Of a stretch of 64,000 nucleotides of DNA, positions 41,023-54,019 are shown one piece after another. The DNA is taken from the NCBI RefSeq assembly GCF_009914755.1, contig NC_060927.1; one strand, written 5' to 3'. The position numbers and the translations under genes were made by a program. The notes under the pieces are model-generated. The model did no database searches. It saw only the letters and a program-made list of their open reading frames with translations, and was not told the origin of the DNA. The DNA is from the human T2T-CHM13v2.0 reference genome, Homo sapiens. Position 1 is the stretch's first letter. The number at the start of each line of letters is the position of its first letter.

Positions 41023-41499
41023 TTCTGTTTGAGGCCTTAGAAGGGACTGATAATTTTGCAAGAGAATATGTATATCTGAACTCCCTCCATGAGCAATATT
41101 GAATTCCTGGGAACTCTATATGAACAGTGAGTCCTGTGAGTCATCAAGGGAAGATATCAAATAGTTCTTCCCACTAAGAGGGACACCTAGGTTGGAAGCT
41201 CCAAAACAGGATTCTTCGGTGCCTGGAAGCTACTGAGAGAAATGAGAGAGACCATGAGGTTGAGATTCCAGAGAGTTTGATTCTCAGAAGAAATCATGAC
41301 CAGACTTTTGTAAGAAAGGTGGCAAGCTAACCAGGAAATGCAAGGTGGAAATGCATGTCTGACTTACCTAATGCATTAGCGAAAATGGATCCCAACAGTC
41401 TTGGTTTCCGGTTCTTATAAACAGAAGGAAAGAAGGAAGGAAAGGAAGATGGAGAAGAAAAAAATAATATGAAAAATCATGACAAAAGTCATCTGCTTA

Positions 41500-42030
41500 G
41501 AAAAATGTTAGCATAGCAGTCTTTCCAATCATTGAAGTCCTGCTTATAAAGTTAGCCTTTGCCTAAAGCATGGAAACTTAGGTTTTTGGAAGATTCCTAT
41601 CATTTCTGATAAGAAAGCCTCACTGTGCCTAAACTGTGCAAATAATGTAATTTATGTTGAATGTCTGTGTGCCTTCTGGGAGTCTGGAATTTTGATATGT
41701 GTTTAGTAGATGGAGTCTAAGTGGCCAGCTCTAGGTAAAAACTTTGGGCACTGGATCTCTAATGAACTTCTCTGATAGGCAACATTTCATGTGCATTGTC
41801 ATAATTTGTTGCTAGAGGAATTCAGTGTATCAAGTATCATTCTCCTGGGAGGAGGAGACTCTTGGAAGCTTGAATCTGTTTTTCTCTGGACTTCATGCAC
41901 ATTTTCACTTGGCTGATATTTTTGTATCCTTCCTCTACAATAAAGCATAGCCATGAGTACAACTTTATGCTGAGTCATATAAGTTCTAGCAGGTCACTTA
42001 ACCTGGCTGTGATCTTGGGAACCCATAACA
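41500..42030 (+). mobile_element. MER21-family LTR
   Basis: ggcaacatttcatgtgcattgtc...actcttggaagcttg...caataaa...gagtacaac...tcttgggaacccataaca. Confidence 0.75.
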
Positions 42031-42279
42031 CATCACTTTCCTGCCATTATTTAATAACTTCAGTTTTTAAAATTATGGGTAGATTTTATAAACCACCCAG
42101 GAGAAATTCATATTCATCTTTTCTGTACCCACTAATTTTGAATTTTGCTTGGAAAATGAGATCAAAAGAAATACTCTTTTGAAATGTTTGGAAGGTGATG
42201 CCAATGAGAAATGCTAATATCTCTTGTATTATACATAACTAATTAAACAACCAAAATGTTGGAAATGAAGTGTTAAGTG

Positions 42280-42560
42280 AGAAGCAGTTTGACACAGAGT
42301 AAAAAACTTGAGTGTGAGGTTTGACTTCACCATTTACTTGCCCTGTAACTTTGCAAAAGTTAACTTTTCTGAGCTTGAATTAAAAAAATATATAAAAGGG
42401 GACGTTCATACTCATTTTTGAATATAGTTCACAAGCTACATTTCATACTCATTTGTGAATGTATTTTTGTGAATTAACTTGAGATAATATATGTAATAGA
42501 CTTAACACAGCGACTAGCACATTCTAAGTATTCAGTCAATGGTATAAGTAGATGTTGTTA
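42280..42560 (+). mobile_element. MIR
   Basis: gagaagcagtttgacacagagtaaaaa...ccatttactt...gagataatatatgtaa. Confidence 0.6.
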
Positions 42561-42972
42561 ATCAGCATTACAACAGAAATGGCTCAAAGATACTGTCAAA
42601 ATCCCTTTTAGGACAATACAAGAAGCAGAAGCCTGCACCAGACTGAGCCTTGGAGGCTCCAGTCACATCTAGAGTGGCCCTAAGAGGTGTCATTTTAAGA
42701 CCATTGTGGCCTATTCAAGGGTGGGCCTGTATCTCAGAGGTCTGCACTAAGCTCTCCTTGTGACCACTCAGCATCTCTCCATGCTGACTTCAGTCTCTTG
42801 CAGCTACCTACAGGGAGAAGATGACTTTGGGAGTTTTCCTTAAATTCTTTCCTCTGAATTTTAGTAGCCATCCAAGCAGTATAGAGTAATTGAGGTAGGA
42901 AGACACATGGCCCTATCTTTGTTTGATTCACCATCTACGTGGCCTTGGAAAAGTTACTTCTCTGAGTCTTAG

Positions 42973-45251
42973 TGATATGGTTTGGCTGTGTCCCCACCCA
43001 AACCTCACCTTGAATTGCAACTTCCACAATTCCCACATGTCGCAAGAGGACCCCAGTAGGATGTGATTGAATTATGGGAGTGGGTCTTTCCTGTGCTATT
43101 CTCATGATAGTGAATCTCATGAGATCTGATGGCTTTAAAAAGAGGAGTTTCCCTGCACAAGCTCTCTTCTCTTGTCTGCCACCATGTGAGATGTGCCTTT
43201 CACCTTCCACCATGATTGTGAGGCCTTCTCAGCCACATGGAACTGTAAGTCCAAAAAACCTCTTTCTTTTGTAAATTTCCTAGTCTCGGGTATGTCTTTA
43301 TCAGCAGCATGAAAACAGACCAGTACAGTAAATTCCTACCAGTAGAGTGGGGCATTGCTGAAACGATACCCAAAAATGTGGAAGTGACTTTGGAACTAGG
43401 TAACAGGCAGAGGTTGGAACAGTTTGAAGGGCTCAAAAGAAGACAGGAAATTGTGGGAAAGTTTGGAACTTCCTAGAGACTTGTTAAGGGCTTTGACAAA
43501 AATGCTGATAGTGTTATCAACAAAAAGTTCCAGACTGAGGTAGTCTCAAATGGAGATGACGAACTTGTTGGGAACTGGAGCAAAGATGATTCTTGTTATG
43601 TTTTAGCAAAGAGCCTGGTGGCATTTTGCCCCTGCCCTAAAGATTTGTGGAACTTTGAACTCAAGAGAGATGATTTAAAGTATCTAGTGGAAGAAATTTC
43701 CAAGCAGCAAAGCATTCAAGAGGTGACTTGGGTGCTGTTAAAGGCATTCAGTTTTATAAGGAAAGCAGAGCATGAGACTTTGGAAAATTTACAGCCTGAC
43801 AATGTGATAGAAAAGAAAACCCCATTTTCTGGGGAGGAATTCAAGTTGGCTGCAGAAATTTGCATAAGTAATAAGGAGCTGAATGCCAATCCCCAAGACA
43901 ATGGGGAAAATGTCTCCAGGGCATGTCAGAGGTCTTTACAGCAGCCTCTCCATCAAAGGCCCGAGGCCTAGGAGAAAATGGTTTTGTGGGCCTGGCCCAG
44001 GGTCCCCATGCTGTGTACAGCCTAGAGACTTGGTATCCTGCATCCTAGCTGCTCCAGCCATGGCTGAAAGGGGCCAATGTAGAGTTCAAGCTGTTGCTTC
44101 TGAGGGTGCAAGCCCCAGGCCTTGGCAGCCTCCATGTGATGTTGAGCCTGTAAGTGCACAGAAGTCCAGAATTGAGGCTTGGGAACCTCTGCCTAGATTT
44201 CAGAAGATCTATGGAAACACCTGAATGTCCAGGAAGAAGTTTGCTGCAGGGGTGGGGCCTTCATGGAGAACCTCTGCTAGGGAAATGGGAAAGGGAAATG
44301 CGGGGTGAGAGTCCCTACTGGGGCACCACCTATTAAAGCTGTGAGAAGAGGGCAACCATCCTCCAGACCCCAGAATGGTAGATCCACTGTGAGCTTGCAT
44401 CGTGCACCCAGAAAAGCTGCAGACACTCAACAGCAGCCTGTGCAAGCAGCCGGGAGGGAGGCTGTACCCTGCAAAGCCATAGGGGTGGAGATGCCCAAGA
44501 ACATGGGAACCAACCTATTGCATCAGCATGACCTGGATGTGAGACATGGAGTCAAAGGAGATCATTTTGAATCTTTAAGATTTGGCTGCTCCACTGGATT
44601 TCAGAATTGCATGGGACCTGTAGCGCTTTGTTTTGGCCAATTTCTCCCATTTGGAACAGTAGTATTTACCCAATCTCTGTACCCCCATTGTATCTAGGAA
44701 GTAACTAACTTGCTTTTTATTTTACAGGTTCATAGGCAGAAGGGACCTTCCTTGTCTCAGATGAGACATTAGACTGTGGACTTTTGAGTTAATGCTGAAA
44801 TTAGTTAAGATTTTGGGGGACTGTTGGGAAGGCATGATTGGTTTTGAAATGTGAGGAAATGTGAGATTTGGGAGAGAATAGGGCAGAATGATGTGGTTTG
44901 GTATGGTTTGGCTGTGTCTTCACCCAAATCTCATCTTGACTTGTAACTCCCACAATTCCCATGTGTCATGTGAGGAACCCAGTGGGAGATGATTCTATTA
45001 TTAGGGCAGGTCTTTCCTGCACTGTTCTCATGATAGTGAGTCTCAGGAGATCTGATGATTTTAAAGAGGAGTGTCCCTTCACAAGCTGTCTTCCCTTGTC
45101 TGCCACCATGTGAGATGTGCCTTTCACCTTCCACCATGATTGTGAGGCCTCCCCAGCCACATGGAACTGTTTAAGTCCAATAAAACTTTCTCTTGTAAAT
45201 TTCCCAGTCTCAGGTATGTCTTTATCAGCAGCATGAAAACAGACCAATACA
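42973..45251 (+). mobile_element. Full-length THE1B-like MaLR: LTR 42973-43327, internal, LTR 44889-45251; inserted in a MIR
   Basis: tgatatggtttggctgtgtcccc...aataca LTRs; THE1-int ORF remnants (DLWNFELKRDDL); TSD cttag/ctcag. Confidence 0.96.
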
Positions 45252-46894
45252 CTCAGTATGCCTCTCTGTAAAACAGATAAATTAAAAATATATACTTTTG
45301 CTACCTCCCTTGAAACTTGTCTAGAAAATCCATAGATAATATGGCAAAATGCTTTGGAAGTTGTAAAATACAATACAGAGAACCCCTGACTTTTTTTCTA
45401 GGCTGAGCATGAAGACTATTACCCAAGGTTGTTTGAGTGTCTGGCAGAAGAAAGTAAGAGGAACTTGAGGCTTATTGAAAAAGGAGATTTGGTTTGGCAT
45501 TAGTCTTAAACATCTAAATTGAATCCTGAGTATTTATTTAAATTCCACAAAGGCTGGCAAAAATTATGTCCTTCTCCAGTTTGAGCTGGAATTACAGACA
45601 ATGAAAACATTGCTTTAGTATTTAATTGCAATAACTGGTATCATACCACTTTTTTGTACAATGATGCATCACGGTTATCTGAAATTGATTTATTGCTTTG
45701 TTGTGAAAACTTGTTTTTCATTGATGTTTCCCCCTCAGTGCTCTTTTTCACTAATTGATTGATTTGATTGTTAGAGCTTCAACTCCATCTTTGAAGATGG
45801 ATTGGAATAATTATTGCAGCCTGCTGTTTAATCATTCTGCCACACAATTACTGCTGCTATGTGCTCTTCAGTTGCACTTTATTAGCTGTAGTAATTGTAG
45901 TTGAGTTTAATAATTTCATAAGATACTTAGATATGATAACTTGGTCATTATTCAGGGGGCACTTTTATGGAAACTGCGGGCTCCTGAACAAGTGAGAAAC
46001 TCATGCTGATTTCTCCTTTTGGTTACCTGTTAAGAAGTTCTTGAACATTACACCTCCCAGTCAATTATAGTCATAAATGCCCAACCTGGAGAGGTAGAAC
46101 AAGGCATTCCATAGCTCAGAGAATACCAGTTGTTTAAGAACCTGAGCCTGAAAGAGGGTAATACATTTTCCTTGATTGCCACCATCCCCAAGCCTGGGAA
46201 TATTATGTGGCTATGCTACAGAGGAAGAAAATAATATTGTTGTTTGTTAATTATGTTTTATAGTATTTTTTGATAAGCCTGTAATGACCTTTCCCCAAGG
46301 TTGCTTTTTCTCTGGAATCTGCATATGCAGAACAGGGTAATCTTCTAAAGTAGAACACAAAGTTTTAGCAGTGTGAGGTGAAGTATCCTTTTCTACCTTC
46401 CCTTTGTTACACTGACTTGGGTGAATTCTCCCTACCACCCCTGGACCCTGCACTGAACTTGTCCCTTCCACCTCCTTGAGAAAGAGTGTGGGGCAAGGGA
46501 CCAGGACAAATGCCAGGGGCTGCTCTGGATTGATATAATTTTATTTCAAAACTCAAGATGTGGGCTCATTCCTAATTCAACTGCACGTGTAATTATTTAC
46601 TCAGTGTATTGCTTTCCATACATTGAAGACAGTCACACTTATTTGTGATGTTTGAGATTATTATAGAAGAGCATTGCTCTAGTGTCAAGTTATATTAATA
46701 GTCTGCTGTGTCAGAGTTGCCTAGACTGGACGCAAAACACTTTGGAAGCTAATTCTGATTTCCTCTTTTGTTTTTTACTTTAATCACAATTATAGTATTC
46801 ACTAAATCATTTGGGAAGAAAATGGGTTTTTAAAAAGCACTTGCTTTTAAATAATTCTTTCTTTCCCCCATCTCTTTTTTCTTTTTTTCCTAAT

Positions 46895-46912
46895 TCTCTC
46901 TCTCTCTCTCTG

Positions 46913-46962
<50 letters not shown>

Positions 46963-46972
46963 ACACACACAC
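46895..46972 (+). repeat. (CT)n(CA)n compound microsatellite
   Basis: ctctctctctctctctgtcacacacacaca... Confidence 0.97.
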
Positions 46973-47930
46973 CATTGACTGCATTACTTGCTCTGATTAT
47001 CTCATATGTCAATATCCCCAATTTTGGAGTTTATAATTTGAACAAATGATAATCTGCATGTCATGATGAAGAAAACTTTCCAGACTTGTTTTGAAATTCA
47101 GAAATGTACAGTTTCCTTCCAATTTTTGGTTGTTTGTTTTTTCTTTGAGCTATAGGAAAAAAATTGGAATGTAGAGGCTTTATGTAAAAATACTGTTTAA
47201 TGACATGCTTAGAGGAATACACTCTGCAGAACTGTTTGCAATTATAATTTCTCTTATTAATTTTTCATATGCTTCAGAATTATTTTCCAATCCCACTGCC
47301 CCTCAATCAAGGAAGTCATGTTGGATGGAAAATAAATGGCAAAATTTGCCAGCAAATGCAAAACATAGAGATCTGGCGAAGATCTGTAAGATAACAGCAG
47401 ACCTTTTGTGTTTCTTTCAATAGAGCACATTGACAAATTTAAGAAGTGGCATCTAGGTTTGAAATAAACCTAATGTCTCCCAACTTACCTTCATTGGTAG
47501 CTTCAAACACAGCTAGATCTTGCTGTGATTTTGCATGGTAGAAGAGAAAGGATGCAACCATGTCTGACCATGTCAGTTAAAGAATCAATAGCTGCTCACT
47601 TCTGTAAGGTAAGCTATCATCTTTGGACCTTCTTGAGCGCTTTCACTTATCTTCAGAAAATATAATCTGACTCAACTTGTTTCCTGGAAAGCGCAAGGGA
47701 TTTTTTCCCTTTGAGTTAAATAGAAGTTAGGATTCTGTAGTCCTTTTTCATCAAGTGTGTAAGTTTAGTAGAAGCTTAACCTATAAGGATTTTTTGATCT
47801 GCAGTAGTAGATTGTAAGCACTATGCATTTTTCAGAGATACTATATACATTGATTGGGTATTTATTTTTGTATATAACCACCAATTATCTATTTTAACCA
47901 TCAACTTTAATAATAATAATAATAATAGCA

Positions 47931-48445
47931 GCGTGGTCAGCTGAATAATAGCTCCCTAAAATATCCAGGGTCCTAATCCCTGGAACCATGAAAATTACCT
48001 TATATAGCAAAAGACACTTTGCAGATGTAATTAAGTTAAATGTCTTGAAACTAGGAGATTATTCTGGTTTATTTAGGTGGACCCTAAATGCAACGACAAG
48101 CATCCTTATGAGAAGCAGGCAAAGGGAAATTTGACATAGAAGAGAAGGCTATTTGAAGAAAGTGGAGGGAAGCAGAGAGAGAGGAATCCTATGCCACTGA
48201 CTTTGAAAATGGAGAAAGGAGCTACAAACCTAAAAATACAACCAGTCACTAACAGCTGTGAAATATAAGGAAATGGATTCTCAATTGGAGTCTCCTGGGC
48301 TATGTCCTACCAACACCTGATTTTAGCCCAGTGAAACCCATTATAAACTTCTGGCCTCTGAAACTCTAAGAAAATAAATGTATGCTGCTTTTAGCCACGG
48401 CATTTATGATAATTTGTTATGGCAGCCAATAGGAAACTAATATAA
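47931..48445 (+). mobile_element. MLT1D-like solo LTR
   Basis: gtcctaatccctggaacc...tttgcagatgtaattaagttaa...aggaaactaatata. Confidence 0.8.
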
Positions 48446-48454
48446 GTGCTATCA

Positions 48455-48655
48455 ATTATAGCTAACATTTATTGACCATGTGTGCTTTTAGTTATTAGTC
48501 AAGAACTGTGCTAGGAACTCTACATAGATTTTTCTAATTTTGTACTCATAAAGTGATGTAAGGTAAGTATTAAAATTACTCTCATTTTATAGGTGATGAA
48601 ACTGAGACTCAGAGAAGAGCTGAGATTAATCCCATATCTGTCCAACTTCAAAATC
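48455..48655 (-). mobile_element. MIR
   Basis: agctaacatttattga...cattttataggtgatgaaactgagactcagaga. Confidence 0.7.
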
Positions 48656-48834
48656 CCTTCTCTGAAGCTGTACAGGAATGTTGTGTCCCCAAGGGGTCAA
48701 TATTCCAGGAAAGAACCACTGCTGCTATAGAGAATCGCCACTCCATAGGCAGGGCAGTGCCTTGAGCTGCTCAACTAAGGATACTTATTGTTACTTCTTG
48801 ATTATATGCTAAACAAGGGGTGGATTAATGAGTT

Positions 48835-48863
48835 TTCTGGGAATTAATAGGCAATTCCCAGAA
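48835..48863. promoter_or_regulatory. Tandem GAS (TTCnnnGAA) STAT motifs in the MER41 LTR
   Basis: ttctgggaa (48835-43) and ttcccagaa (48855-63). Confidence 0.6.
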
Positions 48864-51800
48864 CTGAGTGTTCCTCCCCTTTTTAGACCATATATAGTAA
48901 CTTCCTGATGTGTTCATGGCATCTGTAAACTGTCATGATGCTGGAGGGAGTATTTTTTAGTATGCTAACGCATTATAATTCACGTATAATGAGCAGTGAG
49001 GATGTACAGAGGTCACTTTTGTCACCATCTTCGTGTTGATGGGTTTTGGCTGGCTTCTTTACCACATGCTCTTTTATCAGCAAGGACTTTGTGACCTGTA
49101 TCTTGTGCCAACCTCCTAGCTCATCCTATGACTTAGAATGCCTAACCTTCTGGGAATGCAGCCCAGTCGGTCTCAGCCTCATTTTACCCAGCCCCTATTG
49201 AAGATGGAGTTGCTCTGATTCAAATGCCTCTGATGTATCTCCCCACCCCCTTTTATAAGAAAACCCTTAATCCTGAGAGTTATAGAGGGACAAAGACCCA
49301 TCTTCTGTAACTTCTTCAGACTGAATAGGAGCAATGATATTCCTGCCTAACTGTTAGGGTCTCTTGTATTCAGGGTAGGGAGGAGCTCAGTCAGAAAGCA
49401 TTGGTATGCTGATGGCCATTCATAACTCTTGAATTCCAACAAAAGGTAATATCCGGAAGATTAATAAGTGTTAAATTTTAAAAATATTCAGTAAGTTATC
49501 CTGCATTCCCAAACAAAGAGTATAGCAGCAATATATTCCACAACAGTAAAGCAAAATAAGCAAAATTATCCCAAGTAAACCAAACAAGAAGGCTTTCCAT
49601 GAACTGGGCAACTGCTGGAACCAAGCTCGTATGGGGTTCCTAACTGATTCAAATATGTGTCCAGAATTAGAATAGTGATCTGGATTTTTACATTACCCAT
49701 CTCTCTTGTTTCTACTGAGCTACGGTGAGAGATCACTGGCTTGTTCACAGGACAAGCAGTCATTCTAAATTGCAGGAAAAATCTTAGAAACAACTGATGA
49801 GACTGGAATCTAATAACAAATATACCATAGTTCTTGAAGCATAATTTTTCTCTTCCCAGCTTTCCATTTTTACTAAAGACAAATCATGGTAAGACTGATT
49901 TGTTTTATTATACTTGGCCTGATTATTTGTATAAAGTGCAGCAAGAATAATTATTTTTCACATAGGATTTTAAAATTGACTTAGATGGAACTTTGTTCCA
50001 TAGAAGGAATCTCAGATAAGACTTTTTTAGAGCCAAGCTCAGACATGGACTTATACCTTCAAATACCTATGAGTTACGTAAATTCTCTCCTCTTGAGGTC
50101 CCAAGATAACTTAGAGCTCCTGGGCCTGTCATAAAGTGACATTCTGTACTTACCACAGGTTGGAAACCCTGCACAAGGTCTGTGTAGACAAGGTATGAGG
50201 CTAGTTTTCCCAAGGGAATTTTATTGGCTCTGTAAGTCAAGTGTAATTCATTAAAGGAAAACATGCCATTCTAGTCAAAGCCTTGGTAAAATAACCAGTT
50301 TCTTGAATTGTGTCCTGTTACAAAAGAAAACATCCTTATTGTACTTATCCAAATAACTATATTGACCTAAGAATATTGATAACTAGTTTTCAAATTCTGG
50401 AGAAATCAGGTAGAGAGAAACAAATATGCTCCAAATTTTGTTTACAGGAGTGTACTTTACTTAACTGTTAAAAGCTATACATAGCTCAAAAGTTTTTTGA
50501 CTCTGAAAATCAATCAGCAACATTTTAAGTAAAGTCAAAAAGATTTCTTCAATCTTCTATTAGCTCAGTCTATGCACTTAACACCATCCTGTTTGATATT
50601 CACAAATATTTTAGTTGTCCATGAGTCCTGAAAGTCTTTCCTCTATTCTGATGTTACAATCTTCAATCTTATCAGAAACCTGCATTCAAGAGCACCTGCC
50701 AAATTCCTGTAGTGATTATAAGCCATCTTCTAAAGAGGATCAAAACAAGACAACAATTGCCTGTGGATGACAAAAGTCTTAGGGCAGCCATATTAAAACT
50801 GCAATTGAAAGGGAAATTTCAGTTATTTCTGTGGCATATAAAAATTTTACATAACAATTATAACTATTAACAACATACACTAAGTCTAGAATTGTAGGAG
50901 TTTTTCATCATTTTGGAACACATATTTATTTATAATATATTTGTACAAATATAACCCAATAACATATTTATGCAAATATAACCCAAAGAAAGCCAAACAC
51001 TGTTTCATATTTGATGATGCTTCCTGTATGGATTTTATACCAAATAAGCCAAACTTCACCTTTACATTAGGGTACTACTAATGTTAAACCCAATTCTTAA
51101 TAAAACCTTATAGACAAATTTACTCAATCTTAATCAGTTTGACCATAAGGTAAGATCTTTATAAACTTTTTTTCCTCACCTCCCCAGCAAAATGGATCAA
51201 AAACCTTTTATAATCCTTTACAATTTTTGTGAAAGAGCAGATCAGTGCTCTGAGAAAAACGTGCTGTGCTTTTATTCCAATGTTCAATTACAGAAAAACT
51301 GAATACTCCTTTAACTTCAGCCAATATGTTCACACACAGAATTTCTTTTATGAGCTTAATTTTTCACAAACCTTCCACAACTTGCTCAAACATTCAGCTT
51401 TTCTTACACACCTTGCATGTAAAACTGTCTTTATTTCCCAAAGATTACTAATCATGTGAACTAAAAGACATTATAGTTTTCATTTTTCTGATAAAATAGT
51501 GATTTAAGCTCTTATTTTTAAACCAATTAATAAAAGGTCTTTTATATCACACACACACAGCATATATAAATACACTGACAGACACAAGATTTAGTAATTG
51601 TAAGGTTTTTTTATTTGTCAGTTTCTTAATTGGATTACTGGCTCCAGAGTGGAGTCCTTGGAGGAACAGGGTCAGGAAAGCATGCAGTTTCTACAGCCTA
51701 ATAAGCAGGCACAGCTGGAAGGCAAAACAGAGCCACCAAAATTAAGGGTCCCATTTTATACCAGATCCTAAATCCCCCCACCCAAACAAGAAGGAATCAG

Positions 51801-52421
51801 CTCATCTTCCATGGGAGTCTTATGTCTCAGTTGAAGATAAGAAGGTATTTCCATACCTTCAAGGTGGCCAAGAGCATGCTTCTCTAATCCAAACATGCAA
51901 AGAACTAAGTATTCACCCATAACTGCCATCAGCCATTCCTAAAAGGATATTTCCTACCTAGTTATTACACTCCAAATCTCTCCCATAAGCAAAGTTATTT
52001 CTGATACCAACAAAAGTAAAAAAAAAAAAAATCAGATAATGCAATGCAAAACAGAATAAAGCCTTAGATTTTGAAAGGAATCTATTCACTTTCAATTCCT
52101 AGGTTTCCAAGACGGAAACAGGGTTTTTTCCCAATATGTGGTCTCTGGCACCTCTGGCACCTCATTTTTTTCCCAAGGAGTCCCAGGCTCTTAAAGCTTG
52201 AATATCCACTTTTAGACTTTTAATCATAGCACTCTTCAAAAAAATTCTTTAAAATTTCTTATTACTCACCGTCAGCCATGCCAAACCACCAATATTTCTG
52301 GCTTTTGAATTTTACCACAGGTAAACTGCCAGGTGCTCACAGAAAGCAAAATTCAAGATAGTTTATGGAAAGGAAGAGAATCAACAAATGTTCATGCAGA
52401 TATCAAATCAGAATGGACTCA

Positions 52422-52493
52422 TTCCCTAAGCTGGGAATTGAACCCAGGCTGCCATTTTGAAAAGACAAAGCCCTAGCTGCTGAGCTACAGCAT
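52422..52493 (-). pseudogene. tRNA-Glu(TTC)-like segment inside the ERV internal region
   Basis: Minus strand ...gctagggctttgtcttttcaaaatggcagcctgggttcaattcccagcttagggaa aligns with tRNA-Glu (...CTTTCA...CCGGGTTCGATTCCCGG..AGGGAA); B-box-like GGTTCAATTCC. Confidence 0.55.
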
Positions 52494-52708
52494 TGGGCAG
52501 TCTCCATTGCCCTTCCCATGAGGATCCTAGAGCAGACAATTTTGAGCTTGCAAATGATTTTAACTGCTCAAGGTAACTTTTAGGGCTAACTATGACATGG
52601 ACCCCAAAATTCCTATTTGCTGGAGGTTGGAAATCAAGAGAAATCAAGAGAAAGTAACCACATGGTTACAAGGTCAAGTGTCCAAAGATATAAAACAAGA
52701 CAAAAGGG

Positions 52709-53068
<360 letters not shown>

Positions 53069-54019
53069 TTACAACTGACCAGTTTGCTAGGCCATCTTGA
53101 ACAGTGGGCTTACGGGTGTCCTAGGTCTGCATTCTATCCTAAGGTACCCCTTTTAATGACAGAACCATACAGAAAGACACACAAAGCACATCAGATTTGC
53201 TATAGCTTAAGACTGGCCTCTTTTTTCCCCATTAATCAACACTTTCCTGTGGTAGGGGAAGGCGAAGAGCTCAGGGAGGCCAGAGAAAGACCCAACCATC
53301 CCAGCTAAACTGAATCAAAAGTTCAGGCGGCTGCTTGTCGGTCAAGAAGGGAACCTTTCCAGCAGTCCCATTGGCTCTTTAGTTTCCCCTTTGGGGAGGA
53401 AAAAGCTCTCACGTTCCATGGTCCTGTACATTCCTAATTCTGTCACCCATAGCCATCAGCAAAGAAATGCAAGGCAGCTTAATCCAAAGATAATGATGGT
53501 TAACATTCCATAGTGCCAAATCCGTTTTTAGCCAAGAGGAACTTTACTGAGAGGGGCCTCTAACCCCCTAAATCTTAGGACTTTAATCCTCCTAAGTTGG
53601 GCCTTGAACCCAAGTTTAATCAGGCATCCTTCTCTTTCATTAAGAGGGGCCTTTAACCTGCTTTGTCTTAGGAAAAACTCTAGCTCCCCTAAGTTGGGTC
53701 TCTAACCCAATTCCATCTTTTTCCTGGGTACCCCACCACTTACCCAAAGTTAGCCAATTGATGCTGCAGTCTATTTCCTTTGGGTCAGGGATCTCCTCAG
53801 TATCATCCCTTTGGGGTTCACCAGGAAGGTGTTACCAGAAAGAAATCAAGACTCAGACCCCAAGAGAGGGTTCTTGGATCTCGTGCAAGAAAGAATTCAG
53901 TGCAAGTTCATAGAGTAAAGTGAAAGCAAGTCTATTAAGAAGGTAAAGGAATAGAGAATGGTGACTCCATAGACAGGTCAGCCGGAGACATAGCTTCTTA
54001 TGTCACTGACAGCAGATTG

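Noticed and set aside
43618-44697. THE1 internal ORFs as a domesticated gene
   Set aside because: Split across frames with stops; standard MaLR internal remnants, as in the MSTA at 62598-63378
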